Source: Marsupella aquatica
Taxonomy: Eukaryota; Plantae; Marchantiophyta
Assembly: GCA_973895155.1 (NCBI GenBank)
Contig: OZ316894.1
Location: 18,576,805 to 18,640,804, forward strand
Direction: 5' to 3'
DNA length: 64,000 nucleotides
Below, one piece after another: positions 1-13,134 of the stretch. Both the position numbers and the translations under genes were made by a program. The notes below the pieces were generated by a model, which worked only from the letters and a program-made list of their open reading frames with translations, did no database searches and had not been told where the DNA came from. The stretch's first letter is position 1, and every line of letters starts with the position of its first letter.

Positions 1-1427
1 CCTCACTATTCATCCTCCTTGGGTTTTGACACGAGGTGAGCGGACTGAGTTTCGCAAATGCATAGGGTCTATGCGATTTCCTACAGGGTATGGTGCCAAT
101 CTTCACAAGGCATTTGGTGGACTTGACTCTCCAAAATGGCCAGCTTTCTTGAAGACCCATGATTATCATCGCTTATTGCAACATGTTATTCCAGTTGCTA
201 TTATTGGATTGGGTAGTGAGGATCTTCATGATGCCCTTTGGTCGTTGGGTAAGTTGTTGAGATGGGTGTGTCAAAAAGAGGTGAACGAGGATGAGGTTGC
301 AGCAATGGAGGTGTTTGGAGTGGAGGTTGTGTGCAAACTTGAAAGGGCCCTTCCTCCTTCATTTTTTGATGGTCAGGTTCATTTTCTACTACATCTAGTG
401 CATGAGGTTGGTATTGCAGGCCCTGTACATTGTCGTTGGATGTCCTACTGGGTAGAGCGGTACATGGGAGTGATGAAGTCCTATGTTTCAAATCACGCAA
501 GGGTGGAAGGTAGCATTGTTGAGCGTCATCTTGCATGTTTTATTGTACAAATATTATTGCTACACTTGATTCAAATGCTCCAAGGGGGTGGATAGATGAG
601 GCATCAAGAGAAGCAGACTATGAGGATGACCGTTTGACAGGTGCAAAGGGAGAACGGCTTCTTGACCCTAGTGAGCGCACTAAACTCACTGCATTCATGT
701 TGTATAACTCTCCAAAGATTGTTGGGGAGTGGACCCATTTTATGAGGAGGATAAGCACAATAGTCGACGACCACACTTATTTCCCAAATTCCACATGTAC
801 ATGAAGGGGAAGTTGTTAGAAGTGGATGCCTTGGTGGCTGCTGGGGAGAGTGTATCACACTTCCCAATGGTGACTGATAAGTTGCGCACCTTGGTTCATG
901 GACCTCTACTTACAAATACAACCAGGACTGCCATGTGGTCCAAGGGGAGACACTTTCGTGTGGAACGACTTGATGACAAGAGGGCAGCTACACAAGATTG
1001 TGGGGTGATGGGTTGGTTCACCCAGGATTCTGTAAGTAGCAGATCTGACACAAATCCCATTCGTTCTACTATAGCTCACTATGGAAAGATAGAGGAGATC
1101 CTTGTTGTAAAATACCATGCGCATACAACATTGGAAGAGGTGGTGCTGAAGTGCAAATGGTTTTGGATGAATCTTGTTGGCCACAATCGGACATGTGAAG
1201 AGGATGCTTGCGGCTTCACATGACTGAAGACGGCTGTCATCAGCTCAAATTGGAGGGCCTCAGATCCTTTTGCATTTCCTCATAATCTTGAGCAGGCATT
1301 CTATCTCCCTTATCCAGATGATCCTGAGTGTTCCATTGTAATGCCTTACATTCCTCGATCCCGATCCATAGTCCAAGAACAGCCAAATGTAGTTGTTGTG
1401 GAAGATTTGGAAAATGAGAACAACTAG
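1..1427 (+). mobile_element. CACTA/En-Spm TnpD-like transposase, C-terminal part (DUF4218/DUF4216-like), decayed
   Basis: Motifs 'LKTHDYHRLLQ', 'FFDGQVHFLLHLVHEVGIAGPVHCRWM..VERYM', 'HARVEGSIVE', 'HYGKIEEI...VVLKCKWF' and, past the stop at 1221-1223, 'DPFAFPHNLEQAFY'. Split over three ORFs by two frameshifts, plus a stop. Confidence 0.9.
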
Positions 1428-1844
1428 CTACTTAGGAATTTCATGGTAAAAGCTAGGTAGCTAGCACTAGCTAGCCCTAATTAATGACCACTTCCCTCCA
1501 TGTATTGATTTTTTTGGTATATATATGTTATCTACATTGTCATTACCATTTTTTTGTTGCATGTTACTTTACTTATATATATACCACTTAAATCTCTAGG
1601 CTCTAGCTGTGGCTATATATTTGTGCTTTAAATATATATGAAATGAAAGCTTCCAATTCATTTCAAGTTGACCCTAGTTGAGTTCCCACATACTTCAAAT
1701 GGAAATGGAGTCAAAAACCTATCAGAAATACAACATGCCTTAATTAGAAGCTAGGAAGATGATAAAACCCTCAAAAAACCCCGGCTCTACTGAAAACCAA
1801 TATTTCCAATATTCAAAGAAACGGAACTCATGTGCCATACTACA

Positions 1845-2220
1845 AGTATCGGGAAACTTTGCCATTTTTACCACATCGAAACCAACGTCCGTTTGTAATG
1901 GTTTCGAACAAAAGTTGGAACACATTTCCGATTCCACAAATATCGGAAACTTTTCATCCCTCAGTTCATCGGAACCAACATGCGATATTTTCTTTATCGG
2001 ACGCCTCTTGCGTCGTGGCAATCTCACTGTCCGATGTAGGTAGAATGGGAAACGCTCCGATAGTTTTTAAATGGGAAACTATTTCCGATTCTAGTAGTAT
2101 GGGACAGCATGTGTCCGATGTAGAATGTATGGTAAATCCCCGATGCGGAGACAATCGGAGAGTACCAATCTTCTCTGTATCAGAAAGTGTCGCTGACCAA
2201 TAGAAGAGCATCGGAAAAAC
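1845..2220. repeat. CACTA-type subterminal repeats (ATCGGAAA/TTTCCGAT in both orientations)
   Basis: Many short atcgga/tccgat motifs downstream of the transposase. TTCTAGTAGTA at 2089-2099 resembles a decayed 3' CACTA end (TAGTG), although the motifs continue past it. Confidence 0.6.
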
Positions 2221-5200
2221 CCAAAATATGTACCAATGTGACGATAAACACGATGTTCATAGTATGCATCAAGAAGTCCCAAGTGATGACGTTTATTGCG
2301 AGACATTAATTACCAAGTTCTAGAAGACGCTCCGCACGTCATCTCCTACGATGTTTTTAATGAAGGGAAGTTGGATGCCACATTTTAAAGCATCACATCC
2401 TACGTTAAATCTACTGTAACCAAAAGTTGTGAAAAATGGCTAATTAATGGTGCATGCAGTTGGATATCACCTCCTAAACGTGCATGATCTGGGCTGTCAA
2501 GGATCACTTTTACAAAAGTGGGAACCACCTCGGGCAAAAGTGACCTGGCTTAGCAAAGCTAGATAAACCATGCCCTGCACAGAAATGTAAGGTCTATGCG
2601 GTTAATAATTGCAAGTGAGGCAAAGAAGTGTCATCGTTTCAATTATGTCATGTGTAGAGACACCTTTTGTCAGTACAACCATTCTATCAACTGAATTTTA
2701 ATATAAGATGTTGATTTAAATTGTCAGAAGAAGAAGTCAACCCATTTCTCTCTCCCAAAATTTCTTCTCATAATTCAATCAATACTGTTGGTAACTAAGT
2801 ATTTTGTATTCCAAGTAGCCTGTTCCTCCTGTTGATGCATGACTGTGATAAATCTGAAATTATCATGGGAACATATAGTGTTCATCATTGGCAACCCAAA
2901 ATGATTTAGAGTCTTTCCCAAAAACCAAATATAGGTATTGCATTGAAGATCTAAGATATCTCTTCCATCTTTCGCTTTTCGAGATCAATGATCCCGTCTT
3001 GAGATAAATATCTTGTGTCAGACCAAAAGCTTTTCCTTCAATTGCTTCCTTATTTTGGAGTTAGTACAATTGGCTCCCTCTAAGTGCACACTCCATAAGT
3101 GCTTGCCCTCAATTAGTGCAGGTCATCCAGTTCTTCCCTTATTTTTACACGGAATGAGTACTTTTTAAGCGCCTTTTCTAAGTGCACATGGGAGTGCACA
3201 TAGTATCTAAAATCATTTTGCCAAACAAAAACTTTATAAGTGCTTATCCTTGATAAGTGTGTCGTGCGCATACACATCGCTACACAATATACATTGCTTG
3301 TCACACACATCCACAACTAATCACAATACATCACACATATATAAGAGAATGGAGAACAAGTGAAATTCATGTCCACACATGTCCAAAACCCACAATAAAC
3401 ACAGTGACGGACCAAACAAGAAGTATGACCACCAAACAAGAAGTGTGTTTTTGATTATTTGCGAAAAATGGCAAAAAATAACAAAAATTAATGTCAAAAA
3501 CGCTATTTTCAAGATGAATCCAAAATCGCATCCAACGTCGGATTTCAAGTCGAGATACTATCAACCCAAAAACAAGCAATTTTCACAATCCAGAATTCCA
3601 AGACACTTCATTTGTAAAAAGGGCAAAAACCAAAACCCGGAAAAACAATGCTTTTCATGTCATCCATTCAAAAGCTAAATTTGAGCGTCAAACAAAACCA
3701 GGAAAACACAAGATTTCATTTTGCAATCAAAATGGCAAACTGAAAATGGGATACGACGTATCCCATTTCGGATTCAATAGCTGAATGTGAACCAAAACCG
3801 CACTTAATCATTCTCTAGATGCTTCCACTTAATCTCGAGGGTAAACAATATTTGAATTTTAACTGCGATAAAACTGAAAACTGCAAAAAACTGACTGCGA
3901 ACTGTAGTCAACCCACACAGTTAGTTAAGTTAACCCGATGACGTCTTTGCAAATATTTCAGCCCATAATGCATGATGAATACAAGACGGGATCCAAGTAT
4001 CCACTATCGTATTCAACCTCAATTGTTTCCACCTGCAACTTTGCATCAGGAGATTTTTTGACATGAATACCAACTGAGATCCATGGATCCCATTTATTTT
4101 TGCAAGTCCAAAAACCCATTTGGAAAACACGAGGATGAATCTAGTATTCAACCTCTACAACTTGAACTTTTCACATCGCATGCCTTGATATTCTAGTTTG
4201 AATACCAACAGGGATCCATGGATCCCACTTCTTTGTACAAGTCCAAAAAACACCCACCAAAATAAAACCAAGCACGACGACTTCCTAAAAAAACTCAATT
4301 TAAATTTCAGCATTCCTTGAAAAGGCAAAATCTCACTTTAAAAAAGTAACCCTTGTATGGACCAATCAGGGAATGTCATGTGTACAATTCCCCCAAAAAC
4401 TATAAAAGAAAGAGCTCGCATATATTTTTCATCTTCATTTCTTGTGATTATTTTACAAACCCTAAACCCTAAATCCTGAGCTCAGTTGGGTTTGGGGGTG
4501 CCATAGGTTCTTAGGGTTTGCGGGTGCTATCTCAACCGCTTGCCAAATCCTGCCGAAACAGCAGCCAGACCGCGTTCAGTCTCTCAAGGGAGCTTGCATT
4601 GGGGAGGCAAGGCCAAGTAGGCGTGGAGATGAGTTCAAAGGCCACTTGCCCCCTAGACCATTTGTTGGGCGAGAATTGGGAGTTGGTTGCATGCTAGAGT
4701 TGGGGCCAGTCTGATCCTGGCGTGTTGGGACAAGCTTGAGGACAAGTTACGCCATTTAGGCCATGAGCATGTCCTAGGGGCAGGGCGGTCAGTTGGTGAT
4801 GGATAGGTACGGAGGAGAACCCAGACTATGCCCAAGGAAGGAGCTGTTTTGGATGAACAGTGGGTGTCGGTTATGGTTTCGGCTTATGGCATCGGGAGGA
4901 CCTATTGCTGACCTATTTACCAATGCCTGTTGAGTTTGAGTTAGGATGCTAGACTTGGAAGATCTAGATCCTGAAGGGTTACTTACCAAGACACTTGGTT
5001 GCTTGTGCAGACAGTGAGGGCCGTTGAGTAGCGGTCGTGTTAGAGAGCAAGTGCAGCTTCATATGAAAGAGGCCACAGGCGGTGCAAAGGGCATCAAGTT
5101 GCTTGCTCGAGGTATTTTGTTGAGATGTTTGGGCACCAGGGGCACTTAGGCGTGAGTGCTATGATTGGTGAGGGCACTAGGTATCATGGTCCACCACTTG

Positions 5201-5810
5201 GCGAAACCGGGTTCCGCTCAAACTCTCACCATGCATTGAGACCAGATCTCAATGGTAGCCCCAAAGTCAACTTGGTTCTACTTCCCCAACATCAGGCCCC
5301 CGTGGAAACCAAATCAATGCGGTTTGGTCACTATTCAACTTTGAATTGGCAAGAGTAATTCCCCCCATTGCAAGCCTCAAAACCATCCAATGCAAATTAG
5401 AGAGCACCATGAGGTAGCTTTCTTCATTAGATTTCCAACGAGCCCAAGCACTCCCCCAACGGAGTTTCGGTCATCAAGTTATGGATGTTTCCGCTCCAAA
5501 ATATAACGACGTATCTTCATCGATACGATCAGCTCAAGCTCAAACTTGAGAGGACCACTCCCCTCATATATGCTTTTGGGGACCTGCCATCCTGGACCAG
5601 CTTTGGTCCCCTATCCAAGGGTCCGTGGGCCCCACCACTTAGCTCAAAATAAATATAATTGAAAAACCTTCGCAACTTGGCCTCGAGCACAAATTGTGAC
5701 ATAGTAGGCTAAAAGATATCGCCAAAAAACTTGCTATGGTCCAGGAAATCCCCTGGTCCAGGCAACCCCCCTTGGTCCATTGATTCGCGGTGACTCTAAA
5801 CGAGTATGAA

Positions 5811-6113
5811 TCGACCATAACTTCTGGCCCCTAGGTTCGTTGACTGTGAAATATGCGGCCCCATGATTGGGCTCATGTGGGGCTTTTTGGGCCCCTATGG
5901 TGATCCGTCAAAAAAATAGTTCATTTTTTGGTGATCGGCAACGGGCCCAAACTACAAGCATGCAACTTGAGTCGACCATAACTTTTGGCCTCTGGATCCG
6001 TTCCAAGCCAAGAAATATGCGGCTCCATGACTGGGCTCATGTGGGGCTTCTCGGGCCCCTATGGTGATTCGTTGGAAAAATAGTTTATTTTTTGGTGATC
6101 GGCAACGGGCCCA
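5811..6113. repeat. ~161 bp tandem duplication
   Basis: 'tcgaccataact...aaatatgcggc..catga.tgggctcatgtggggc...ggtgatcggcaacgggcccaa' starts at 5811 and 5972. Confidence 0.85.
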
Positions 6114-6400
6114 ATAGAGCTAACTTGGAGTTCATTTTTCTTAAGTCTTGTCCTTGCTCTTACTAGCCTCCTCTTTGTTAATCGCGTTTCTAATGGCCAT
6201 GATGGTAGCAAATCTAAGAGGGGCTCAATGCTGGAGTTAGGCAACGCCGAAGCAATTACAAGTAGGTGAAAGTTGTATTCACGACTTATGGTTATAGTAG
6301 GAGCAGCATCACCTCCCTGCCTTCCTGCATATGGCATACCTCGGCCACGACCACCACCTATACCACCTCTTTCATGATCATGTGTGCGTTGTCATTCTTT

Positions 6401-8005
6401 CTATAACTCAGGATGGAGTGAGAAACACCTATGCTTGGTATGTTCAAGAGCTCCACAATGATCATGCTGCCGTTGATTAGGTGCTGAGGCCCCTCTTGGC
6501 CCTCTATGATTAGGGAAATACCATTGCACATGATCCTCACCACAGGTCCAACATCGTGACTTCTGCCCAACATAGGAAGGCACAGGTCTCTGACTAGTAA
6601 ATTCTTGTGTCATGGACTTCTCCCTTTGGCTCTTACGTGCAATAGGCTGTGATGTGGGTGTAAATGCAGCCTTTGGTGTTTCCTTGGCAAATCTGGAAGC
6701 CATCACTTTCTTGTTCATCATATTGAGCTCAATGCGCTCAGAAAGTGTAAAAATAACTGTGAATGTGGGATCCGCATTCCTAAGTAGAGTGATATCTCTC
6801 ACTCTACCTCGTAATTCTCTGTCCAAAATTGCATACCAAAACTAGACTACCTGGACCTCTATCACTCCCTTGGTGATAGTGATCAATCTTTGCATATGGA
6901 TGTATGCCTCACATAGACTCTTTTTAGTCTTGCGCTGAAACTCCTGCCTGGAATGATCATGCTGCCGTTTGATTAGGTGCTGAGGCCCCTCTTGGCCCTC
7001 TATGATTAGGGAAATACCATTGCGCATGATCCTCACCATAGTCCAACATTGTGACTGCTGCCCAACATAGGAAGGCATAGGTCTCTGACTAGTAAATTCT
7101 TGTGTCGTGGGCTTCTCCCTCTGGCTCTTACGTGCAGTAGGCTGTGATGTGGGTGTAAATGCAGCCTTTGGTGTTTCCTTGGAAAATCTGGAAGCCATCA
7201 CTTTCTTGTTCATCATATTGAGCTCAATGCGCTCAGAAAGTGTAAAAATAACTGTGAATGTGGGATCTGCATCCCTAAGTAGAGTGATATCTTTCACTCT
7301 ACGTTGTAATTCTCTGTTCAAAATTGCATACCAAAACTAGACTACCTGGACCTCTGTCACTCCCTTGGTGATAGTGACCAATCTTTGCATATGGATGTAT
7401 GCCTCACGTAGACTCTTTTTAGTCTTGCGCTGAAACTCCTGGAGACCATTCAACTTATCAATCCTCACACCTTGATAATTCTGCATTAATACCTCAAAGA
7501 ACTCCACCATAGGATTGAATGTTGGCGCAACTCTAGTTCCTACCTCAATCACTCAGGTAGGAGTAGCGGTGGATGCTGTTGGAGTATCACTAGTGGATGG
7601 TGCGCCACTCTGGCTAATGCTGCTAGATGAAACCGTAGTTGTGGCAATGGGTTGGGCAGTTGCACTTGTGCCATAGGTGATGGACACATAATTAGGTGAC
7701 CAATACTGCCTCCATGCCTCAATTCCAACCAAATGAGCCTTTCAAAACTCATGGTAATCATCCATGGATGACCCCTCCAAATGCTGAAATAATCCATTCC
7801 ATGCCATGAAAGGTGTGAACAACGTGGCATTACGCAATGTTTGCATATTGAACCATGTATCAAACTTCTGGATGAAATCATCCACATCAATCGTGCACCA
7901 AAGTATCTCCTTGGGCCCTTTGTAGCCCCATACATCTTGTCCATATCCCACAACAAAGGTGCAATCACCCAATGACGAGGAGGACTCGGGGGGGTTCACT
8001 TCCAT
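6401..8005 (-). mobile_element. Decayed LTR-retrotransposon gag fragment
   Basis: Gag-like 'DVDDFIQKFDTW', 'FQRKTKKSLREAYIHMQRL' and degenerate zinc knuckles 'CWTCGEDH', 'HCGALEHTKHRC'. Several stops and frameshifts. Confidence 0.65.
6457..7441. repeat. ~490 bp tandem duplication inside the gag remnant
   Basis: 6457-6946 is nearly identical to 6952-7441, joined by a 5-nt linker (cctgg); the ORF translations are duplicated too. Confidence 0.92.
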
Positions 8006-11000
8006 GGAAGTGGCACATCACGTGCGATGAAGTATAGGCCCATTTAAATGGGTGTGACGAAAGACTTCCAAAGTTTGGTGGAAGAACACATAGGGCATAT
8101 TTTATTGACTGGTTAACTTTAAAGAACACATATGCCTATTTAATTGCAAAAAATATTTTCTTTAAAGTGTTTAGGGGTTTTTTAATAAAAAAATGACAAA
8201 ATTTAAAGAAAGAAAGGGCTTTGCAAAAAATAGTTTTCACTTATAAGTTAGGGGAGTCAAACCCTAAAATATCACACGCGATGTATGGCCCTCCATATAG
8301 TGACCCCCCCGAGGAGGAGGATTGGTCAAAGAGTCCTTGTCTGAAGCTGCCCTGCTAATTGCTACCCGATGTCGCTGGCCAAAATTTCACCTCATTTTGA
8401 GTAAAACTGGTTCGTCGCCCATCGGGTAGCTCCGTAGCACAAGAAGAAATGACCAATCACTCCCGCAATCACTCAAACCATAGTCATTAATCTAATCTAT
8501 GTGCTAACCCAAACTGGGCAATGTATCCCTACCAACACCGCAAACACTCATCATGGTGTGTTGGGCATCACTCCAACATCACCATGAGAAAAATATATAG
8601 TACATCTATAGTATTTGGTTATAAACCAAATCACTCCTATGGAATCAAGTGCCCATACAATACTAATATGGCGCATAGGGAGGAAGCATGTGTGGAAAGG
8701 GTCCAACAACAAGAGTGGATAAACAACAACTCTCCACACCAAGAGTGATCACAAATTGATCAAACAATGTTTATAACGTTCAATGTAGGGCCCTCATAAT
8801 AGGCCTCAAGGATCCAATGTCAATTATCCAAGAATCCACCGCAATCAAGTTCAAACTGAGTATTTAGATGGATTCAAAAGTGCATAAAATCCCAACTAAT
8901 TAAGGGCCGCATTCCTTGGACACAAAGTGTGGAAGGAAGCATGTACAATGCACCACATAAGAACTAGCTATATAGTTAAGCGCATGAGGAAATAAATAGC
9001 TTTGGGATGGATGACCTCTCACTTGTCACTTGTGCTCCAAACCAAATTAATCTGGCACTCAAAACTATAGCACTTGCAAGTTCTCCTCACGGCCCGCCCA
9101 TGCCGCCCTCACGCCCCTCATCCCGAGTTACCACAAGTTGCCTCGAGAGATGAGCCAAAGAGTGAGTCCTCCACACCTACAACGCTTTGCTATGCCAGGA
9201 CTAGGTTCAGATTCTGCAAAATTCAGGAACACTTGTTTCACTGGAAATGTTGGGGTCAGTGTGTTGTTGTTGCGCCCATAGTTGATGTCATATATATGAT
9301 AGTCGTCGGGTCAGAATTGGCAATCGCAAAAATCACAAAAGAGCGCAACTCAGCAATAATCAATTGATTCATCAACATTTGTGACTACTTCCTTCATGAA
9401 AATGGCAAATTTACGTACGATGACTATACAGGCATCGTCAATCAAAAACGACAATCTTTAAAATTAGTTTCCTTCACAAAACAGCCAGCCGACACACCCA
9501 ATACTTAATATCCGCCTCCAATTCAACAACATTTGAGGTCATTCCTTTGCAAAAATGTCCACAACAGTGCACTATCCAAGCACAAATCAGCAGCAATTGA
9601 AGGTGATAGGTTTCCTTCATAAGGAACGCAGATCAAACATGCACCCTCCATAGAGCACCGCCATACCGGATCTAGTTGTAGCCAATTGATACAACTTAGC
9701 ATGTCAATCGGTAGGCAAGGAACACAAATGATCTGCACAGACTGTCTATAGATCCAATACCACACTTCACTTCAATGTTGGAATCTGATTAGAGCCACAG
9801 ACAGGCTATAGATCCATCAAACCTCCAACTCTAGATCCACGCAAGAATCAAACTCACACGATCTCAACTCGGATCCAGATACCAGCAATCCAATCAAGCA
9901 ATACCCCCGACAATACCATGCACGATCCGAGATACCAAAAACCGTCAATCAAGTCAATGTAATCAAACACAAAGTACTATCCATACAGGCCGTATAATAG
10001 AGTTCAATGCCTGATATTTTGATGTAATCTTCAATAGAAATCCGTCAGCGATCGACGTTAACAATACATACTCAATTTCGTTTGATCCGATCACACACAT
10101 ATGTCAAACCAACACACCTTGCACTCAAAGAATCCACGTTACATAGAATAAGCTCTTAGCCACCATAGTCACAACACGAGCTCCTCTCTCCAAGGCTCAA
10201 CATCAAAAGATAACCTTTTGATGCCTCACAAGGGAGAACTACTCTCCCACATAAACCTAATAGAACTTTATCGGCTCATAGAGCACACATACTAAACACA
10301 TGAATCTAGATAGTATGATATACTACAATACTACCTAGAATAGGGTGACAAGTGTCTCTGTGCTCTTATCGGTAATTGGAATGCATTCCCATTCTCAATA
10401 GAGTATAGAATGCACTTAAGGATGCCTGGTGGGCACAGAATTAAGGCAGGGATACAAAAAATGAGGGTGCCTACTCATTAACTTATTGAAAAGTGCACTT
10501 TTTAGGGGGGATGCGCTTATCAAGGAATGCAACACCTGGTTTAGTGCATGCCAGATCCGTCTGCCTGAGAACATGCACTTAGAGAGAGTTAATTGTAGCT
10601 TTTGATGTTTGTATCTAGATTGACACTAGTCTCACCTTGTGCAAGAGGTCATTCAAATGGAGACATTAACTGTGATATTTCATTGAGAAATAATGTGACG
10701 GGGTCCCCGTCACTGAAAACCCTCGATAATTGTTTAACTGGGTTGTGCCCTGTAAATAACCATTGTAAATACCAAATTTTTTAATTACTTCCGTCAATAT
10801 AAGTTGGTAATGCCCCGGGGGCTTAACTTATTTTATTTTTTTCTCTCTCACCATAGTTCTGAGGTTTACGGTGACCTAAGCGAGCACATGTAGGATTTAC
10901 CATTTAACTTGGGCTATTTTTGAGACCCCAATAGCAAGGTCTAAGGAGACAAACTTTAAGTTTTATGGTCTAAGGGGAGTTTAAACAAAATAAAGGGGGA

Positions 11001-12121
11001 AACCCTTGTAAACAATGGGGGCCATAAGGGGCGCCCCTAGGGCTTGACACGTGGAATCATGGGGGGCTAAGGAGGGAGCTCCGCGAGTAATAAGGAGGAG
11101 AAGGGCGTGAGCCGGGCCGACGCGCATCGAAGGCCGGGAAGGACTAAAGAAGTGGGGGGGATTAAATCCCCCAAAAAGGAGCGCAGGAAGCCGAGGGGAA
11201 AGACTAATGTTACCCTCCCGGGAGGGGGCCAAACAACAGCCGAGGAGGCAGGCAGCCGGGCCGCAGCCGGTGCAAGGAGGAAGAGGTTGTGGGGAGGGGG
11301 GCAATTAAGCTCCCGTAAGCCGGGCCCAAAGGAAGGGCGAGTAATGGTGGGGGGGGTACTAAACCCTCTCATGAGCTGTGGCAGGGCGTTGCATAGGGCC
11401 GTGAGGGAGCTGTCAGGGCAAGCCTCCATAGGGAGGCGAGCCCCCATAATAAGGAAGCAAGGTGGCAGGGGAGCCTAAGGCCCTCCCGCAAGCTGCAGGG
11501 TCGCAAGCCGGGGTAGGGCGCTGCATAGGGCCGGGGAGCAATAAAGAGGCTGCAAGGAGGGGGGTTAAATGAGAAGTGGGGAACGGAGGCGAGGTGGCAG
11601 CCGCATGGCGGCATGCGCGCGCCCTGCATAGGGCCGCGAGCCGGGGTGCAAGGCGAAAGGGGAGCCGGGGGAAATAGACGGGAAGGGTGAAGAAAGGGGT
11701 TTCCTTCCCCTTCCCTTGTATTAGCCAATTTCTTTTCTCCTTCCCTACTTTCTACGCACGCGACTCTTCTCTTTGCCGAAAGCACTTTGCTCCCATTTCC
11801 GAAAGCTCTCTCTTGCAATTCTTTTCGAAGCTCTCATGGTGGATTGTGAGAGCTTGGGGGCTCACGTTTTCCGGGCATTAGTGGCGGCGGCATTGAGTGA
11901 CTTTTGGGGAAATTGAGGGTGGTTCTTAATCATGATACAGGGGCCGTTTGGGCCAGGATTTGAATGTGGTGACGGGACTTTGTGATTGGAGATTTTTTTT
12001 GGAGCATGGATGCTTGATCAGCCTGAGTTCAGCGCGGCTCGCATTTGTAGATACAAGGCCGCTTACCGTGAGTACATTGCAACACTAATTGAGGAAGAGA
12101 GAGAAGGAAGAAAGGCGTAAA

Positions 12122-12684
12122 ATGAGCACTGGACCGGCAGCAGGTCCAGCACCGGTTATGAGGAAGGTTTTCTGTCGAATTTATCCCAAGACCTCTGCCA
12201 ACGTGATGGAGGACTGCAAAGCTATGTTCCAGGCCACCGGGCTCATTGACTTCATGAGAGTAGAGATTAGAATCCCTCCAGGGAAGAGTTGGGACTTGGA
12301 GGCTGGAATGGAATTGCGCACGGAGGGGATTTATTTTGCATGTATTCAACGTTTGATACCTCATACCAAATTGGCTAAACTGTTGTTTTTGGAAAACCAG
12401 CAGTTCTCATTCACCCCCCGGAACATCGTCGGGGATCTCACGTTGACAATGGTGGCATGCTGGGTGAACAATCCTACCTCCACCATGGCCATTCATCTCT
12501 CGACCGTCAAGGATGCAGCGCACAAGGGATTTGTGGCCAAGGTTCATCAACGTGTCCTCGGTAATGTGCAATCCGGGGTAGTGAACGGGGAGCATTTCAT
12601 AATCGCTCTGGATATTCGGAAATATCCAGCCCATGCTTACGAATGGTGGTATTACGGATTGACAAAGCTATTGGCTGCTGAACC
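12122..12684 (+). CDS. N-terminal part of a retroelement accessory ORF (MSTGPAAG...LLAAEP), interrupted by the Gypsy insertion
   Basis: Globular-looking 188-codon stretch from ATG 12122 ending exactly at the Gypsy LTR terminus. Loosely resembles plant transposon extra-ORF proteins (inference). Confidence 0.55.
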
Positions 12685-13134
12685 TGTGGTGCGTCCCATG
12701 GCTCCCTAAACCCAAGAAACCCCCCAGCTCAAGCCGATTCCCGCAGGTTTCGCGCTTGGCGAGGCCGTTTCCACGGCTTAGCGGCATGGGACGCTGCTAA
12801 CCTTCTACTACTACTATTAACATTTTACACACATATACTGGACAGATCCTTCATCGGGTCATGAGATACGTAGCCGGCCTAATCTAGGCCTTCCCTCGTC
12901 TTCCCCTCTGTCTTGTTAGGTATGTTTGGATTCCGCCGCCGGAATGATCTCCAATAGGCTTGGTTAAGCCGCTAAGACCTCTCTCAGCTCGACACATCCA
13001 ACTCTCACTCCCCTGCTTACTTTCCTTCCTTCTAGTTGATGTGGGCACTCTTCACACAAGTTAATGCGACACACAAATAGCAAAATGACTCATTCTGACT
13101 GAGTCATACCATGCACTTGCCATACAAACAGTAC
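12685..13134 (-). repeat. 3' LTR remnant (last 450 bp)
   Basis: Direct repeat of 19279-19728 with ~5 mismatches counted by eye. Abuts the integrase tail with no PPT. Confidence 0.93.

Larger units (their letters stand above)
3067..10595. mobile_element. Old TA-flanked TIR element (Tc1/mariner-pogo-like) interrupted by later insertions
   Basis: TA|CAATTGGCTCCCTCTAAGTGCA at 3065-3088 vs TGCACTTAGAGAGAGTTAATTG|TA at 10574-10597: 19/22 inverted match, all mismatches transitions. Additional inverted match of ccttgataag (~3248) with cttatcaagg (~10516). No transposase recognised. Confidence 0.5.

Noticed and set aside
4457-4477. Telomere-like AAACCCTAAACCCTAAATCCT
   Set aside because: Only ~3 units; common telo-box-like sequence in plant TEs.
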